From the NCBI RefSeq assembly GCF_009914755.1, contig NC_060935.1: DNA of 64,000 nt; one strand, 5' to 3'. Both the position numbers and the translations under genes were made by a program. A model generated the notes under the pieces. The model worked only from the letters and a program-made list of their open reading frames with translations. It was not told the origin of the DNA and did no database searches. Positions 1 to 11,889 of this stretch are shown here, in pieces (within the stretch, counting starts at the first letter, position 1; each line of letters begins with the position of its first letter). Origin of the DNA: the human T2T-CHM13v2.0 reference genome, Homo sapiens.

Positions 1-409
1 ATAATATATGCATTGTCATCCTTCCCAAACCAACTTGCTTTTTTGCAAAGGTCATTAAAGTGAATCATACATTTATTTTGAAAGTCAGTAGAGTTAGGCT
101 GAATCAAAGAGAGAAACATTTGTCATAGGGTTTAAGTGGGTTTTTTTTTTCATATTTTCTATGGACTTGTTTGGACTGATTATTTTTTCATGTTCACTAT
201 CCTAGAAAAATCATCTTCCAAAAGCCAGTTCCATACCTCATACATACTCTCAGCACTTGACTCAATTCTATTTATTCTTAAAGTTTTAACCCTTCTAAAT
301 GTCTCTAACTGATTTAATTGCTCCCTTTTTTGCCTTCCCATAATATTTTGTTGATGCAAGTGTCATTAATGTCAATTGAGTAAATGAATGAATTGACCAA
401 TGAGCACAA

Positions 410-655
410 TGGCATACTTTACTGTGAGGGTAACGACTCTGGAATCAAAAGAATCTGAGTTTAAATTCTGGCTTTACCATTTGGGAGCTCTTTGACTGTG
501 AGTAAACCCCTTGACTCTCAGTGCCTCAGAACCCTCATCTGTAGAATGGGAATAACAATAGTTACCCTGCAAAGAAGTGATGAGATTTAGATGTCATACA
601 CAGAATGCACTCAGCACAGCTTACTTAAAAAGGGGCTCAATAAATGCTATTATTA
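410..655 (+). mobile_element. MIR SINE
   Basis: MIR core motifs (actctggaatcaaaagaatctgagtttaaattctggc; cctcatctgtagaatgggaataacaatag; ctcaataaatgctattatt). Confidence 0.8.
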
Positions 656-1608
656 GCTTACTGTATTATAGTTAATTGTGCATGCAATTTTATTTTATAA
701 GCAATAGAGAGTCGCTGAAGCTTATTAAGCAAGGAAATGGCATTAGAAAGGTGTTTTGGAATCCAAACTAGGAAATACTAAGGAAATGAAAAGCTAACAA
801 GTAACCTAGATAAATAAGCAAGAACAAAGTCATACACTTAGTTATATCACCCTGGCAAAATGAACACAGCCTGAGAGAAAATGCCTAGTAATTAGCAAAA
901 GCAGTTCCTGGGATCCTTGCCACTTCCTCTATGAAGAGGATTGGAGAACAGGCCAAAGAATTAGAAGACTTGTTTTGTGCTGTTTTTCTCCTACTTAGCA
1001 GCTGTGTCCCTAAGTAACCCACCTAGCCCAATGACTGCTCTTGGTTTCTGGGTAGCTTTTTCTTCCTCTATTTCCTGTATCTGAGCATGGAGCTCAATAT
1101 CATTGCATAACTTGAGCTGAAGACATCCTCCACTCTCTCTATCCCAAAAGTTCAGCAAAAGTCAGTAACATGTAACCCATGCTCCAAATCTCTAATGCTC
1201 CTTAGTTGAACTTCAATATTGGTGGTACAAGACAAAAAAATTAAAATTATGAAGATGGGATATTTTACATGTAAAATGTATGATGCTTCCCTTCTGTGGT
1301 CAAATTGTAGCATTCTTTTTCAAGGGAAGCAAGGAATATATTTGAATAGGGCATGGTTGTTGAGAGGACTGCCTTACTATTGCTGAATAATAGAGAGGAG
1401 AAAAGGAAGGCAGAACAAGTAGAGACTTAAAAGGAAGGATTGGAGTTAGATATTATGGGGGAATGCCTTGAATTTCGGTATGGACATACCGACAGGCTAC
1501 ACAGAAAAGTTCTGAAAATCTTCTTCCCTAACATGCTGAAGAATAGGAGAAAAGAATCTCATACCTCGACAATTTCAGGTCACTAGGGTTGATGTTACCA
1601 CGGCATTC

Positions 1609-1770
1609 TTATATAATTATATAATTATATAATATTATATAATTATATAATACATAACTTAAAAATACATTATATGTACATTTATATATAATTTGCTTTC
1701 ATATACTTATATAGTACTCAATATATAGTCATAAATTATTTATATATATTATTTATATATACTCTATAGA
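1609..1770. repeat. AT-rich low-complexity tract with TTATATAA units
   Basis: Five TTATATAA units at 1609-1650 followed by a TA-rich tract. Confidence 0.9.
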
Positions 1771-1774
1771 TACA

Positions 1775-2155
1775 TATTAAGGTTTTAATGTGTTCCCCAA
1801 AGTTCAGGTGTGGAAACTTAATCCCCAATGCAATGCTGTTGAGAGGTGGGGCCTTTAAGAGGTAATTATGTCATGAGGAATCCTTAGAAATGGATTAACG
1901 TCTTTGTCCCAGGAGTAAGTTGTCACAGGAGTGAGTTCCTAATTAAAAAAAAAAAAAAATGAATTTGGCATCCTTTCTCTCCCACAAGTATGCTTTTTTG
2001 CCCTTCTACCAACTGCCATCAGATGATGCAGCAAGAAAGCCCTCGCCCCTCAACATTGGACTTCTCAGCCACTAGAACTGTAAGAAATAAATTCTTATCT
2101 TTTAAATTACCCAGTCTCAACTATTCTCTTATAGCACCACAAAAAGGACTTAGAC
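1775..2155 (+). mobile_element. MaLR solo LTR (MSTD-like)
   Basis: gtgttccccaaagttcaggtgtggaaacttaatccccaatgcaa...gagaggtggggcctttaagaggt...agaactgtaagaaataaattc...aaattacccagtctc. Confidence 0.85.
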
Positions 2156-2202
<47 letters not shown>

Positions 2203-2290
2203 TTACATATATACACACACACATATATCTATAAACACAAGTGTATATATGTAAATATGTGTGTCTATATATATTTATACAAACACACAC
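2156..2290. repeat. (TA)n(TG)n compound microsatellite with degenerate TA/CA tail
   Basis: Directly visible; source of the spurious ORFs 1990..2517 and 2150..2350. Confidence 0.95.
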
Positions 2291-2324
2291 ACTCAAGTAG
2301 AAGTAGATATCTTGCTTACATAAA

Positions 2325-2535
2325 TTTTCAAGCAGGCAGCTGTCATTCAAACAGTGGTTGGAGGATCCCAGCTCTACCTTTTTTGGGCTCTATCACCTTG
2401 AACTGTAGCTTCCAGTCTCTGTATCCATCTGCAACAAGTCAGCAGAAGGCAAAAGAGCAAGAACAGCTGTGGGGAGAGTTTTTATGGACCAGGCTAGGGC
2501 GAGTGTCCTTGGTTTAAAATCCTGCCTACATTCCT
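2325..2535 (-). mobile_element. Old MaLR LTR fragment (MLT1J/K-like)
   Basis: cagcagaaggcaaaagagc...tttttatggaccaggctagg...cctgcctacattcc resembles MLT1 antisense; diverged. Confidence 0.5.
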
Positions 2536-4859
2536 TTAATGTTTATGTGTCGTTTTAGTTGACAGCTGTATCCACTCCTGCAAATATTTTTATCCTTTAG
2601 TGAACCACATTTGAAAGATATTCTTGGATTAGAACCTGGTCCAAATAAGTGAGATTTTCATAAACTGCCTTTGTTCTTAGTTCCATGAAATAGTCTGCTA
2701 TGATAAATAGTAAGCCTTATTAACATCAATCTTTTCAGTTTAGATACAATCTGTGAGGCCTCTCTCTCTGCATGGTTTTGAAAAGGAAATTTTTCCACTG
2801 CCTAATTTTGTGATGTACTCTTCTGACTGTGCAAAGAGAAAAAGCAATGCTTCAAAATGGGAATCCAAGAATTCTGTTTTAAATTACACTTATTAACACA
2901 ATAATTATTGTTAATATTAATACTGTAGTACTTACATAGCATAATTTATTTGCAAACACTTCATAAACACTAGTTTCTAAATAAAATAATAAATTAGCAG
3001 ATATTAATTACAAAGTCATGAAATGGAAAAGTAGTTGAATTGGGACTGCAATTTGAGGTTAGAATCCCCATTCTCGTTGGGGTTTCTTTCCCCGACACTG
3101 ACTCTATCTCTTTGGGTTTTGTAACTTCCTTACTTGAAGAAGGAGGGCTATAAAATCTCAGTGACAAGAATCAGATCCTGTTTGAGCACTAACAATAGTC
3201 CACATTAAGGGCCTGCTACATATTCATAGTCTTGGAGAGTGCAGATAAAAATATGACTTTTGAAATTTTGATTTGTGATCATTTCTGAATCCATATGTAC
3301 TCATTAAATGCCACTGAATACATTTTTAATAATGAGGAGGAATTTGACAAACGACCTGTCTGAGCTGAACAAAGAGATTTCACACAGTGGATTTCACACA
3401 GCAGAGAAAATACCTGGAGAGTGTTAAAATCCCATTTGTTGAAGTATATTGTATTATGTTCAAACTATCCATTTTAAGACTGGTTGCTTATAATAATTAT
3501 TGTCATGGTGCCATACATGCCTATCTTAGTGACTAAAGGGGAAATTTACCCCATATCTGCAAAATAAATAGGTTTGACACAAGTTTTGAGTGCACACATT
3601 TCCTAACAATAATTTTACTGCAAGGGAAACTGTTCTTATTGTCACATTAAGCTCTCCTTTAGAACAAAGTTTCAACATTTTTTTCCTTTGTATTTGTAAT
3701 CTCTTTGTTCTACAAGGAGTCAAATCAATAGAGAAGAAGATAAGAAGTGACCTTCGTATAAATTAAGAAAATAAAAAATGAACCTCTATTAATAATCAAG
3801 AAGAAAAAGAGAAAAATCAATATTTATTGAGTTGTTTTGTGCCAGGTACTGTGCTAGGATATTTGTGCCCCAGATTATTTCAAGTTGGGGATGGCAAACA
3901 GAGACAAGTTTATTTAGTTAACTTTCCATTATCCAATGGATTCATTTGTTGACTAGTATTACTGTTATTATTATTACATATTATGCATTTTTAAATAATT
4001 ATAGTCTGGTCTTCTTCTATTAGAAAGTTCAGAACTCTTCATCCTCATACCTCTCAACTGATAATTACCTAGAGAATGCAAATATTTAATTTATAATGTT
4101 TAGTTTATAATGGTGTAATTCAGACAGTATACTTGCAAAATAAATAAATCAAGGTGTGGTCCAAACTCAAATATAAACTTTTTTTATTATTTAATATTTG
4201 AATTCTCATCGATGATGCTAAGTTCTATTAGTGTGGCTAACCAGGAGTTATCTGTAGAGATTACTGTATTTCCACCAATTTTGTCTTTTGGGAAGCAGAA
4301 GAAAACCACATGGATCTCAGTTATTTAAAGTTCATTTTTAGCAAATAGCAGATATAATTCCAAAATAATTGAAAACTGGTAAAATACAGAAGGCAATGTG
4401 GTAAATAGGATAAATATAAAGAAATAGGATTCTGGACCTAGGTAGATGCTTGGAGATCATACGGTCCAGCTTACATTACAGGTTAAAAATTCAGAACAAG
4501 CATGTTAAATGATTTGCCCAAATCAAACAGCAGGGGATACCAAAGACTAGCATTCTGAATTTTTTTAAGTAGCTGTTTCATTTTTTATTTCCCTAAACAC
4601 AACAATGGGCAGATATCTTGCTACTTTATTAACTCTTATTTTTGCAAGTATCAAATACCAAAGGAAAAATGCATTTTTACAGCTAGTAAAACCATGTAAG
4701 AACTATTTTGGTTTTGATCCTCAAAAAGTGAAATAACACTAGGGAGAATATAGTGAACAAATAAGAAACTTTGTCCCAAGTTATGGAAGCATTGACAAAA
4801 CTATTACCAATTATAGCTGAACTTTACTGGGTAGTACCAGAACAAACAGAACAAAATCT

Positions 4860-4960
4860 CTTATTTATTTATTTATTTAAAAATATCTAATTGACAATAA
4901 CTGTATGTATTTAATATGTACATGTGATAACTTAATATATGTATACATTGCATAATGATT
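4860..4960 (-). mobile_element. L1M 3' end fragment
   Basis: (TTTA)n tail followed by aattgacaataactgtatgtattt...gtatacattg. Confidence 0.6.
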
Positions 4961-5308
4961 ACCTGAGAATGTTTTTTCTCCACCACATCTCAAAAAGAGA
5001 TGGTTTATTTGTGAGACTCTATTCCTTCATTCAGAAAATGGGGGAGTATAATCTTTTGTCTTTAGTGACATTTCTAGATGCCTCCCTTCCCCATTTCCTC
5101 CTGAAACAAATAAGCAAACAAACAAACCTTTATGTTAATGGCATCATCCCTTCCTGTTAACTTTTTAGTAACCTTCTCTGTCTTTCTGAAGACTGGACTT
5201 TTTTTCTTTAACATTCAACATCTTCAGTTGTTCTTTAATATAGCTCAATACCCTAATCCCCTCTGTTTCAATGCCCTTTCCTACAATCAGCCAACCAGTC
5301 CCCTGGCT

Positions 5309-6128
5309 GCTGGTTCTGAAGAAGAAACTCACACTCAAACTCACAATGCTTATTCTAGTCTCTTACTCAACAATCGACACAGAAGGCTTCTGTGACCAAA
5401 TGTGAGGGATGGGGTTTCCCCACACACCCGTCAGTTCTGCAGCAGACACCAGTTGGTGTAGTCCAAGTCAATTCTGACATTATCTACGTGGCAACAGTGT
5501 CAGATCCCACCCGTTGAGGGCTCAGTCCCACAAGACTGCCCCACCCTCCATCAGACACCAGTCTGAAGTCTGGGCCTCAGAGAACTTCTGACTGGCTTCT
5601 GACACTGGTTTCAAGTTGGGGCTCCTACAACCCCTTCTTTCGATTTCATTAATTTGCTAGATCAGCTCATAGAACTCAGAGAAACACTTATGTTTACCAG
5701 TTTATTACAAACACTATTACAAAGGGTAGAGATGAAGAAACACACAGAGTGAGGTAGGGGGAAGACGTGAAGTGCTTCCATGCCCTCCTCAGGCCCACCA
5801 CCCTCCAGGAACCTCTAGAAGCTCTCAGAATCTGGAACTTTTGGGATTTTGTGGAGGCTTCGTTTCCTAGGCATGACTGATTAAACCATTGGCCATTGGT
5901 GATCAACTTAAGCTTTAGCTTCTCTCTCCTCCCTGGAGGCTGGGGAGTAGAATTGAAAGTCCCAGCTCTCTAATCCTGCCTTGGTCTTCCTGGTGACCAG
6001 CCCTGTCCTGAAGCTATCAGTCATTCACTAGCACACGAAAAGACAGCACTTTCAAAATTCCAAGGATTTTAGGAATTTTATGCCAGGAAATCCGGTCAAA
6101 TATCAAACATAAGGTTGTCAATATCACA
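5309..6128 (-). mobile_element. MER21-family solo LTR
   Basis: gcttctgtgaccaaatgtg; gtcagatcccacccgttgagggctcagtcccacaagactgcccc; ends ...caatatcaca (reverse complement of the MER21 start TGTGATATTG). Confidence 0.85.
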
Positions 6129-6134
6129 CTGGTG

Positions 6135-6810
6135 TTTCATCTTTGTAATCTTTATACCAAGTATTCTTTATCTCATTCTCACCCTGCTGCAATTCATATC
6201 ACGTCTAAATCTCCAATCCGTGAACACCATCAATTCTCTCTATTCCTAACCTCCCTCCTATCTTCACTGTACTCTTTGCCCAGCTTAGATTTTACCATCC
6301 ATCATCAGATACAATCACTATCTACTATCCCCTCCCTCCTTCCTCTCTTCTACTCCAGTAAAAACTCCAGCTTATCAGAACAAACTTTCCATCTTTTCTG
6401 TGCCTGCACTCAAGCAGTTAAATATTACAAGAAAATGGTATGATGGGGATGACTGGATTAAAAATAAATTCATGAATACTAAGCCATAATAGGCAGTAAA
6501 CATGTTGGAAATCCTACTTTGGCAGAAATTTTGATTTTGTGTTCTTTGATGCATGCTTTCTCCTCTCTCCTTAGACATATCCTACATTCCACACATCCTG
6601 GCAGTTGCTGGCGTTGCCTCACATTTCACTGAGGAAATAAAACCCATCAAGCAGGAAATCCTTTACTTCCTTCCACCAAAGCCTCAACCATCTCCTCCAG
6701 CATTTCTCTTGTCACGCTGGAGTGACATTTCACCTACTGTTAAACGCTCGTTCCTCCACTTGTGCCCATCATCTTGCACCAACTCAATTTCCTTATTCCT
6801 TCAGTAATGT
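6135..6810 (+). mobile_element. L2 LINE fragments
   Basis: Pyrimidine-rich, diverged L2 ORF2-like sequence (ttgcctcacatttcactgaggaaataaaacccatcaagcagg). Confidence 0.55.
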
Positions 6811-6961
6811 TTCCTCCCATTCATTTATTTATCCAACAAATATGTATATTGAGATTCTATAAAATATAAAAATTCCTTTGGCTTTATGGAGACCACAGAA
6901 AGGAACCTGTATTTTGTTTCTTTCGTGAGTTTGACCAGGATGGTGGCATGATGTGATTCAC

Positions 6962-7269
6962 TTTTTTTTTATTTTTATTTTTTGAGATGGAGTCTTGCTT
7001 TGTCACCCAGGCTGTAGTGCAGTGGCACAATCTCGGCTCACTGCAACCTCTGCCTCCCAGGTTCAAGCGATTCTCTTGCCTCAGCCTCCTGAGTAGCTGG
7101 GACAACAGCTGCGTGCCACCACGCCAGGTTAATTTTTTTTTTTTTTTTTTGTACTTTTAGTAGAGATGGGGTTTCACCGTGTTAGCCAGGTCTCAATCTG
7201 ACCTCGTGATCTGCCCGCCTCGGCCTCCCAAAATGCTGGAATTACAGGTGTGATGCACCGCGCATGGCC
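6962..7269 (-). mobile_element. Alu (AluSc-like), full length
   Basis: Both arms antisense, T tail, TSD GTGATTCAC on both sides. Confidence 0.95.
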
Positions 7270-7460
7270 GTGATTCACATTTTAAAAGATACCAGTGCTA
7301 TTGTTGAACTATAGAGTGAGAATGAGTAACAAAAGAAACACCCATTGCCACAGAGCAGGGAAGAGAAGACAGTGGCTTGGACTAAGATGGCAACAGTTGA
7401 AGTGATGGGCAATGGTAGATTCTGGAGATATATGGATAGATACAGATATAGAAATATAGA

Positions 7461-7730
7461 TTTTTTGAGACAGGCTGGAGTGTAGTGGAATTATCATTAC
7501 TCACTGTAACCTTAGACTTCTGGTCTTAAGCAATCCTAGTGTCTCAGCTTCCCAAGTAGCTAGGAATACAGGCACAGACCATCATGCCCAGCTAATTTTA
7601 AAAAATATTTTATAGAAATGGGCTCTCACTACTTTGTCCAGGTTGGTGTTAGACTACCAACCTCAAGCAATCCTCCCACCTTGGCCTCTTGAAGTGCTGG
7701 GATTACAGGCATGAGCCAGTGCACCTGGCC
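7461..7730 (-). mobile_element. AluJ
   Basis: Diverged dimer with J-type ctcaagcaatcctcccaccttggcc. Confidence 0.9.
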
Positions 7731-8139
7731 ATAAGATTTATATTTTGAGCTAACATCAAAATGACTTGCTGGTGGCAGAGATAAGAGAGAAAGAGAGAGA
7801 GAGATGAATTATGAATGCAAACTAAAGTTGGGGCCAGGGAAATTGGGTGGAGAGTGAGATTGGTTACAGAGGTAAGGAAACAAAGAGGAGCAAATTTTGT
7901 TGGGCGTAAAAGTGGGGAACCAAAAGCTTGTTAGGCTAAGTTAAGTTTGGAAGGTCCCTTGGATATCCAGATGGAGATGTGGAGTAGATGTATGTACATA
8001 TCAGCCTACCTCTCAGGGGAGAGAGAGTGCACATATTGGCGCTGCTTAAAGTTAGAGGTCTTGATGAGATCAACCAGGAGACAAATTATCTGATCAAATC
8101 CTCTAGACTCATTTCCTCTACCTCCTCATCTATCATTTA

Positions 8140-8990
8140 TTAAAAAAAATAAGAATGAAGAAATATTCTAAACATATAAAACTGCAAAAAATAATATAAT
8201 AGTCAAGCAACCCCTACCAAGATTGAAAGAAAGATATTAACATTTTTCTGTATTTTCTCAGATGTCTCCCTTTTAGTTTTAAGAATTAAAGTATTACAGA
8301 AATAACTAAAGGTCTGTTCTATTATCTTTTCCCTCCCCAATCTAGAGGTAACCATTTTCCTGAAGTTGATGTATATCCTTCCCATGAACATTTAAAAATT
8401 TCATGTTTCTATATACATATACACTCACAATTTTTAAACACAATGCCATGTCTTTAAATTTTTGTAAATGATATTTATGCAATTATTAGTAATAATTATT
8501 AATTACCAATGTTATTACTATTATGCAATTATTGACGATGCTCTTTAACTCAACATTTTGTTTTGAAATGTATTCATACTGATGTAGATTAATTTCTTAC
8601 ATTTTACTTGCTATCTATATTATATCATTGTTTGAATAAGATGATTTTAGCCATTCCATGTGGATGGACAGTCAGACCATCTCCGTTGAATCTTTATTAT
8701 CACAGGGCTTCAGTGATCAGCCTTGCATATGTCACTTGTGCATGTGGGCAAGTTTCTCCGGGGTACATAGTAAGAAGTAAAGAGCCAAGTCATATTGATA
8801 GGTATACTCCACTTCCCTGACTCCTGTATTGCCAAGTTGCCTTCCAAAACAGGTTTTCCTAATTTACAAAGCCTCCTGAAGTGTATGTGTGAGAATTCCT
8901 GTTTCCTCACATGCTCAACAGCACTTGGTGTAATTAATTTGCTTAATTTTTGCCAATTTGTTGAATATGAAAGGTAATTTTGATGTTGTC
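8140..8990 (-). mobile_element. Old L1 (L1ME-like) 3' region
   Basis: ccccaatctagaggtaaccattttcctgaagttg; aatttttgccaatttgttgaatatgaaaggtaat. Confidence 0.65.
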
Positions 8991-9029
8991 TTTTTCTCTT
9001 TTCTCACTCTTCTGACTTTCCGTCTTGCC

Positions 9030-10100
9030 ACTCCACTAAATTTTCTGCTTTCAGCCATCAGTGATTTCCATGAAGTTGAATGGAGTATTCTTGGTCTTCC
9101 TGTAGCTCTACAGGCCAACAGCATGCAACTTAGTTGATCACTCCCTGTTTGAAACACTCTCCTCTCAATCATATGGAAAGAATGCATTCCCCCTACCTCT
9201 CTGACAGATCCTTCTTAATCTCTTTTCTTACTAACTTCTCCTGTTCTGCAAAGGCTGACATAGGCTTTTATTATTTTTCTACCATTAATTCTTGAATGAT
9301 ATAACCCTTCCCTATGACTTTAAATACTCACTTTATAATAACGCCTACCAATGATATTGTTCGGCAATTCTGTGTTTCTAATTTTTGCTTGATATCTGTA
9401 CTTTGATGTATCATAAATACCTCAAACTCAGCATGAAAAAAAATGGAACTCTTTATTACCAGCCCCTTCACCACCTAGACTTCCCCCAAAATGTGTCTCT
9501 TTCAGTAAATGACCCATCCTCATCCATTGATTTACTAATTCAAAAGCCTTGGTGTCAGACTCTGCACTTCTGTTCTCTCAGCTCCCATATCTGATTTATA
9601 ACCTGGACATGTTTTTTTCCTCCAGAATGCATTCTGTATCATACCACTTCTCTCCTTGGTCTCTGCCACCACTTCAGTTCAAGTTTACCACAGTCCTTAA
9701 GTTTCTGTTTCCTCAGTTTAGTTACTGTCCCATGAAAGGCCATTTCTACATGACAGCCGGAGTAGGATTTTAAAATGCAAATCGGATTATGACCATTTCC
9801 TGTTTAACGTGTCCAAGAATTTCCTAGTTCACTTGTTGCACTTAGACTAAATTTAACATATTTATGGGCTTAATACTCCTGTCAGCTTCTCCGACATTAG
9901 CTCACTCCCCATTCCCTCCCTCTCACTACGCTTCATTCACACTGGTGTTCCGGCCATTCCACAAACACACTCTCTCTTGCCTTAAAACAATGGTTATTGC
10001 TCTTCTCTTCCATCAAGATATTGTTCTTATGACTTGCTTCTTATCCATCAAGTCTCAATTTAAATGTAACTTCCTCAGAGAGATCTGCTTGAACCATAGC
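9030..10100 (+). mobile_element. L2 LINE 3' region
   Basis: cacctc/aaatacctcaaactcagcatg; aaaatgcaaatcggattatg; aagtctcaatttaaatgtaacttcctcagagag. Confidence 0.7.
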
Positions 10101-10629
10101 ATCCCAGGGCAGTGGGAGTGAGAAAAAAGGAAAATGAAGTAGGAAGGGATGGGAGGCGGATCCAAGGAGTTGTGTTGCCCTACCAACCACTGCTTCCCCT
10201 CTTCCTGACAGTGAGGAGACACAGCTCCACACTTGCACCTGCTTGGCCACAGTGAACATTGCAGAACTGGCTGGGAATCAGAGGAGTCAAAGGAGACAGA
10301 GCTTCTGCCCTGTTTCCTCCCGTCTTCTCTCTCCCACTGGTCCCTGCTCACCTCGCAGGGGAGTTAATCCTCTGCACTTCTTGATTTATGCCACGGAGCC
10401 TTTTGGCGTCAATACAGGGAACCAAGCCCCACATCCTGCCTTGAATTTTACCTGATTTCTGGAAGTGGCAGGAGGAGCTGCAGATCCAGGGCATGTGCCT
10501 GGAGGCAGCTGGAGATAGCAACCCATGAACTCACATGGAATTCAGCGTGTGGTAGCATTTTCTGTGTTGTAGAAGTGCTGAGCATCTGAGACACAGGTGA
10601 GACCAAGAGAATAAGAACAGTACTTCAAA

Positions 10630-11140
10630 TGTGTCAGATCCACATGTTGTCGGCTTTATTTCAGGTACCAACCTTAGATTGTAAGTAGAGGTAAGTGGCT
10701 GGCACACTCATAAGGGTTTTTCTTAAGAAAGGGAAGAAATAAATTTACCCAGAAGGAATGATGAAGCAGCCAGGATTAGGAGGAGTGGAAAGCTCTTAAC
10801 ACTCCTCGTCCTGAAAGGGCAAAGGGAGGGAACACTGACTTCAAAACCTGGTGAAAGCTGCAGCTATGACAAGCCGTCTATCAGTGCTGTAGCCTCTAGG
10901 AAGATGGTAGCTATTATTGGAGTCTTGGCAGGGCAGGGGGGGAATAAAAGGGAGTGATAAATACCCTCTCCAGGAGCCATCCAATCTTATACCAGAGTCT
11001 CTCATTGGCCAACTCCGACCAGAAGCTGGAGGGAAAGGGAACTCAGGACTGTGGTAAAGGTGAGCATCTCAAGAAACAAAGTGAAACAAGGAAGAGTGAA
11101 AAAGTGTATCAGGGGATGGAGTGCTAACAGAAGCATTCCA
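10630..11140 (-). mobile_element. ERVL-type LTR (LTR33/LTR41-like)
   Basis: ctctcattggccaactccgaccagaagctggagggaaaggga and ataaataccc match the antisense LTR33/41 core. Confidence 0.5.
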
Positions 11141-11533
11141 GTATAGGAGGACAGACTTTAAGTGACAAGTGGACAGGATTCATTTATCATTCATTGATGG
11201 CCCTGCCACCTGCTACAAGTTCACCAAGTTATTTTATTTTGAATGAATGAACTTAGAAAGTATGCTTCCAGGCTTCAGCTTTGCATATAGAAACTGTAGA
11301 AACTGTGGAACTCTATAAGGCTTATATTTAATATTTCCCTGGGAAAACAGAGTTGCAGAAATAACGTATAAAAACAAATTGCGAGTTTTCACTTCTGTCT
11401 CCAGTATAGAAATCAAAATAATCAGGATTTAAAAAATGTAAAATTCAACACATCAATACAAATTTTACACCTTTATTATAAATTAAATTATATATGAAAC
11501 ATATATGTGTGCATGTAAACACATGTATATATG

Positions 11534-11541
11534 TCTGTCTG

Positions 11542-11577
<36 letters not shown>
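11534..11577. repeat. (TCTG)2(TCTA)9 tetranucleotide STR
   Basis: Directly counted; abuts the Tigger1 terminus. Confidence 0.95.
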
Positions 11578-11579
<2 letters not shown>

Positions 11580-11889
11580 AAGGAATACCTCACAGAAGGA
11601 TTGGGAATTGACTCCAGACCACAGCAATAAGGCAAATATTACAATAATCTATCATATATATTTTTTGTCTTACCCATGTTTATGGAAGTTACATTTACAC
11701 TATACTGCAGTCAGGAAGCTTGTACTAGCATTATGTATAAAAAGAACAATGTACTTGCTTACCCTAATTTAAAAATCCTTATTGCTAAAAAAAAAATGCT
11801 AATGATTATCTTAGATTTCAGCAGGCAGTAATCTTGTTGCGGGTGGAGGGTCTTGCCTCAATATTGTTGGCTGCTGACAGATGAGGGTG

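Larger units (their letters stand above)
6820..8090 (-). mobile_element. L2 LINE fragment interrupted by two Alus
   Basis: cattcatttatttatccaacaaatatgtatattgag (L2 3' end, antisense); ggtagattctggagatatat; ggatatccagatggagatgt. Confidence 0.65.

Noticed and set aside
1990-2517. 175-aa ORF
   Set aside because: Runs through an MST LTR, a (TA)n(TG)n microsatellite (YIYIY/VCVCV) and an MLT1 remnant; no protein similarity
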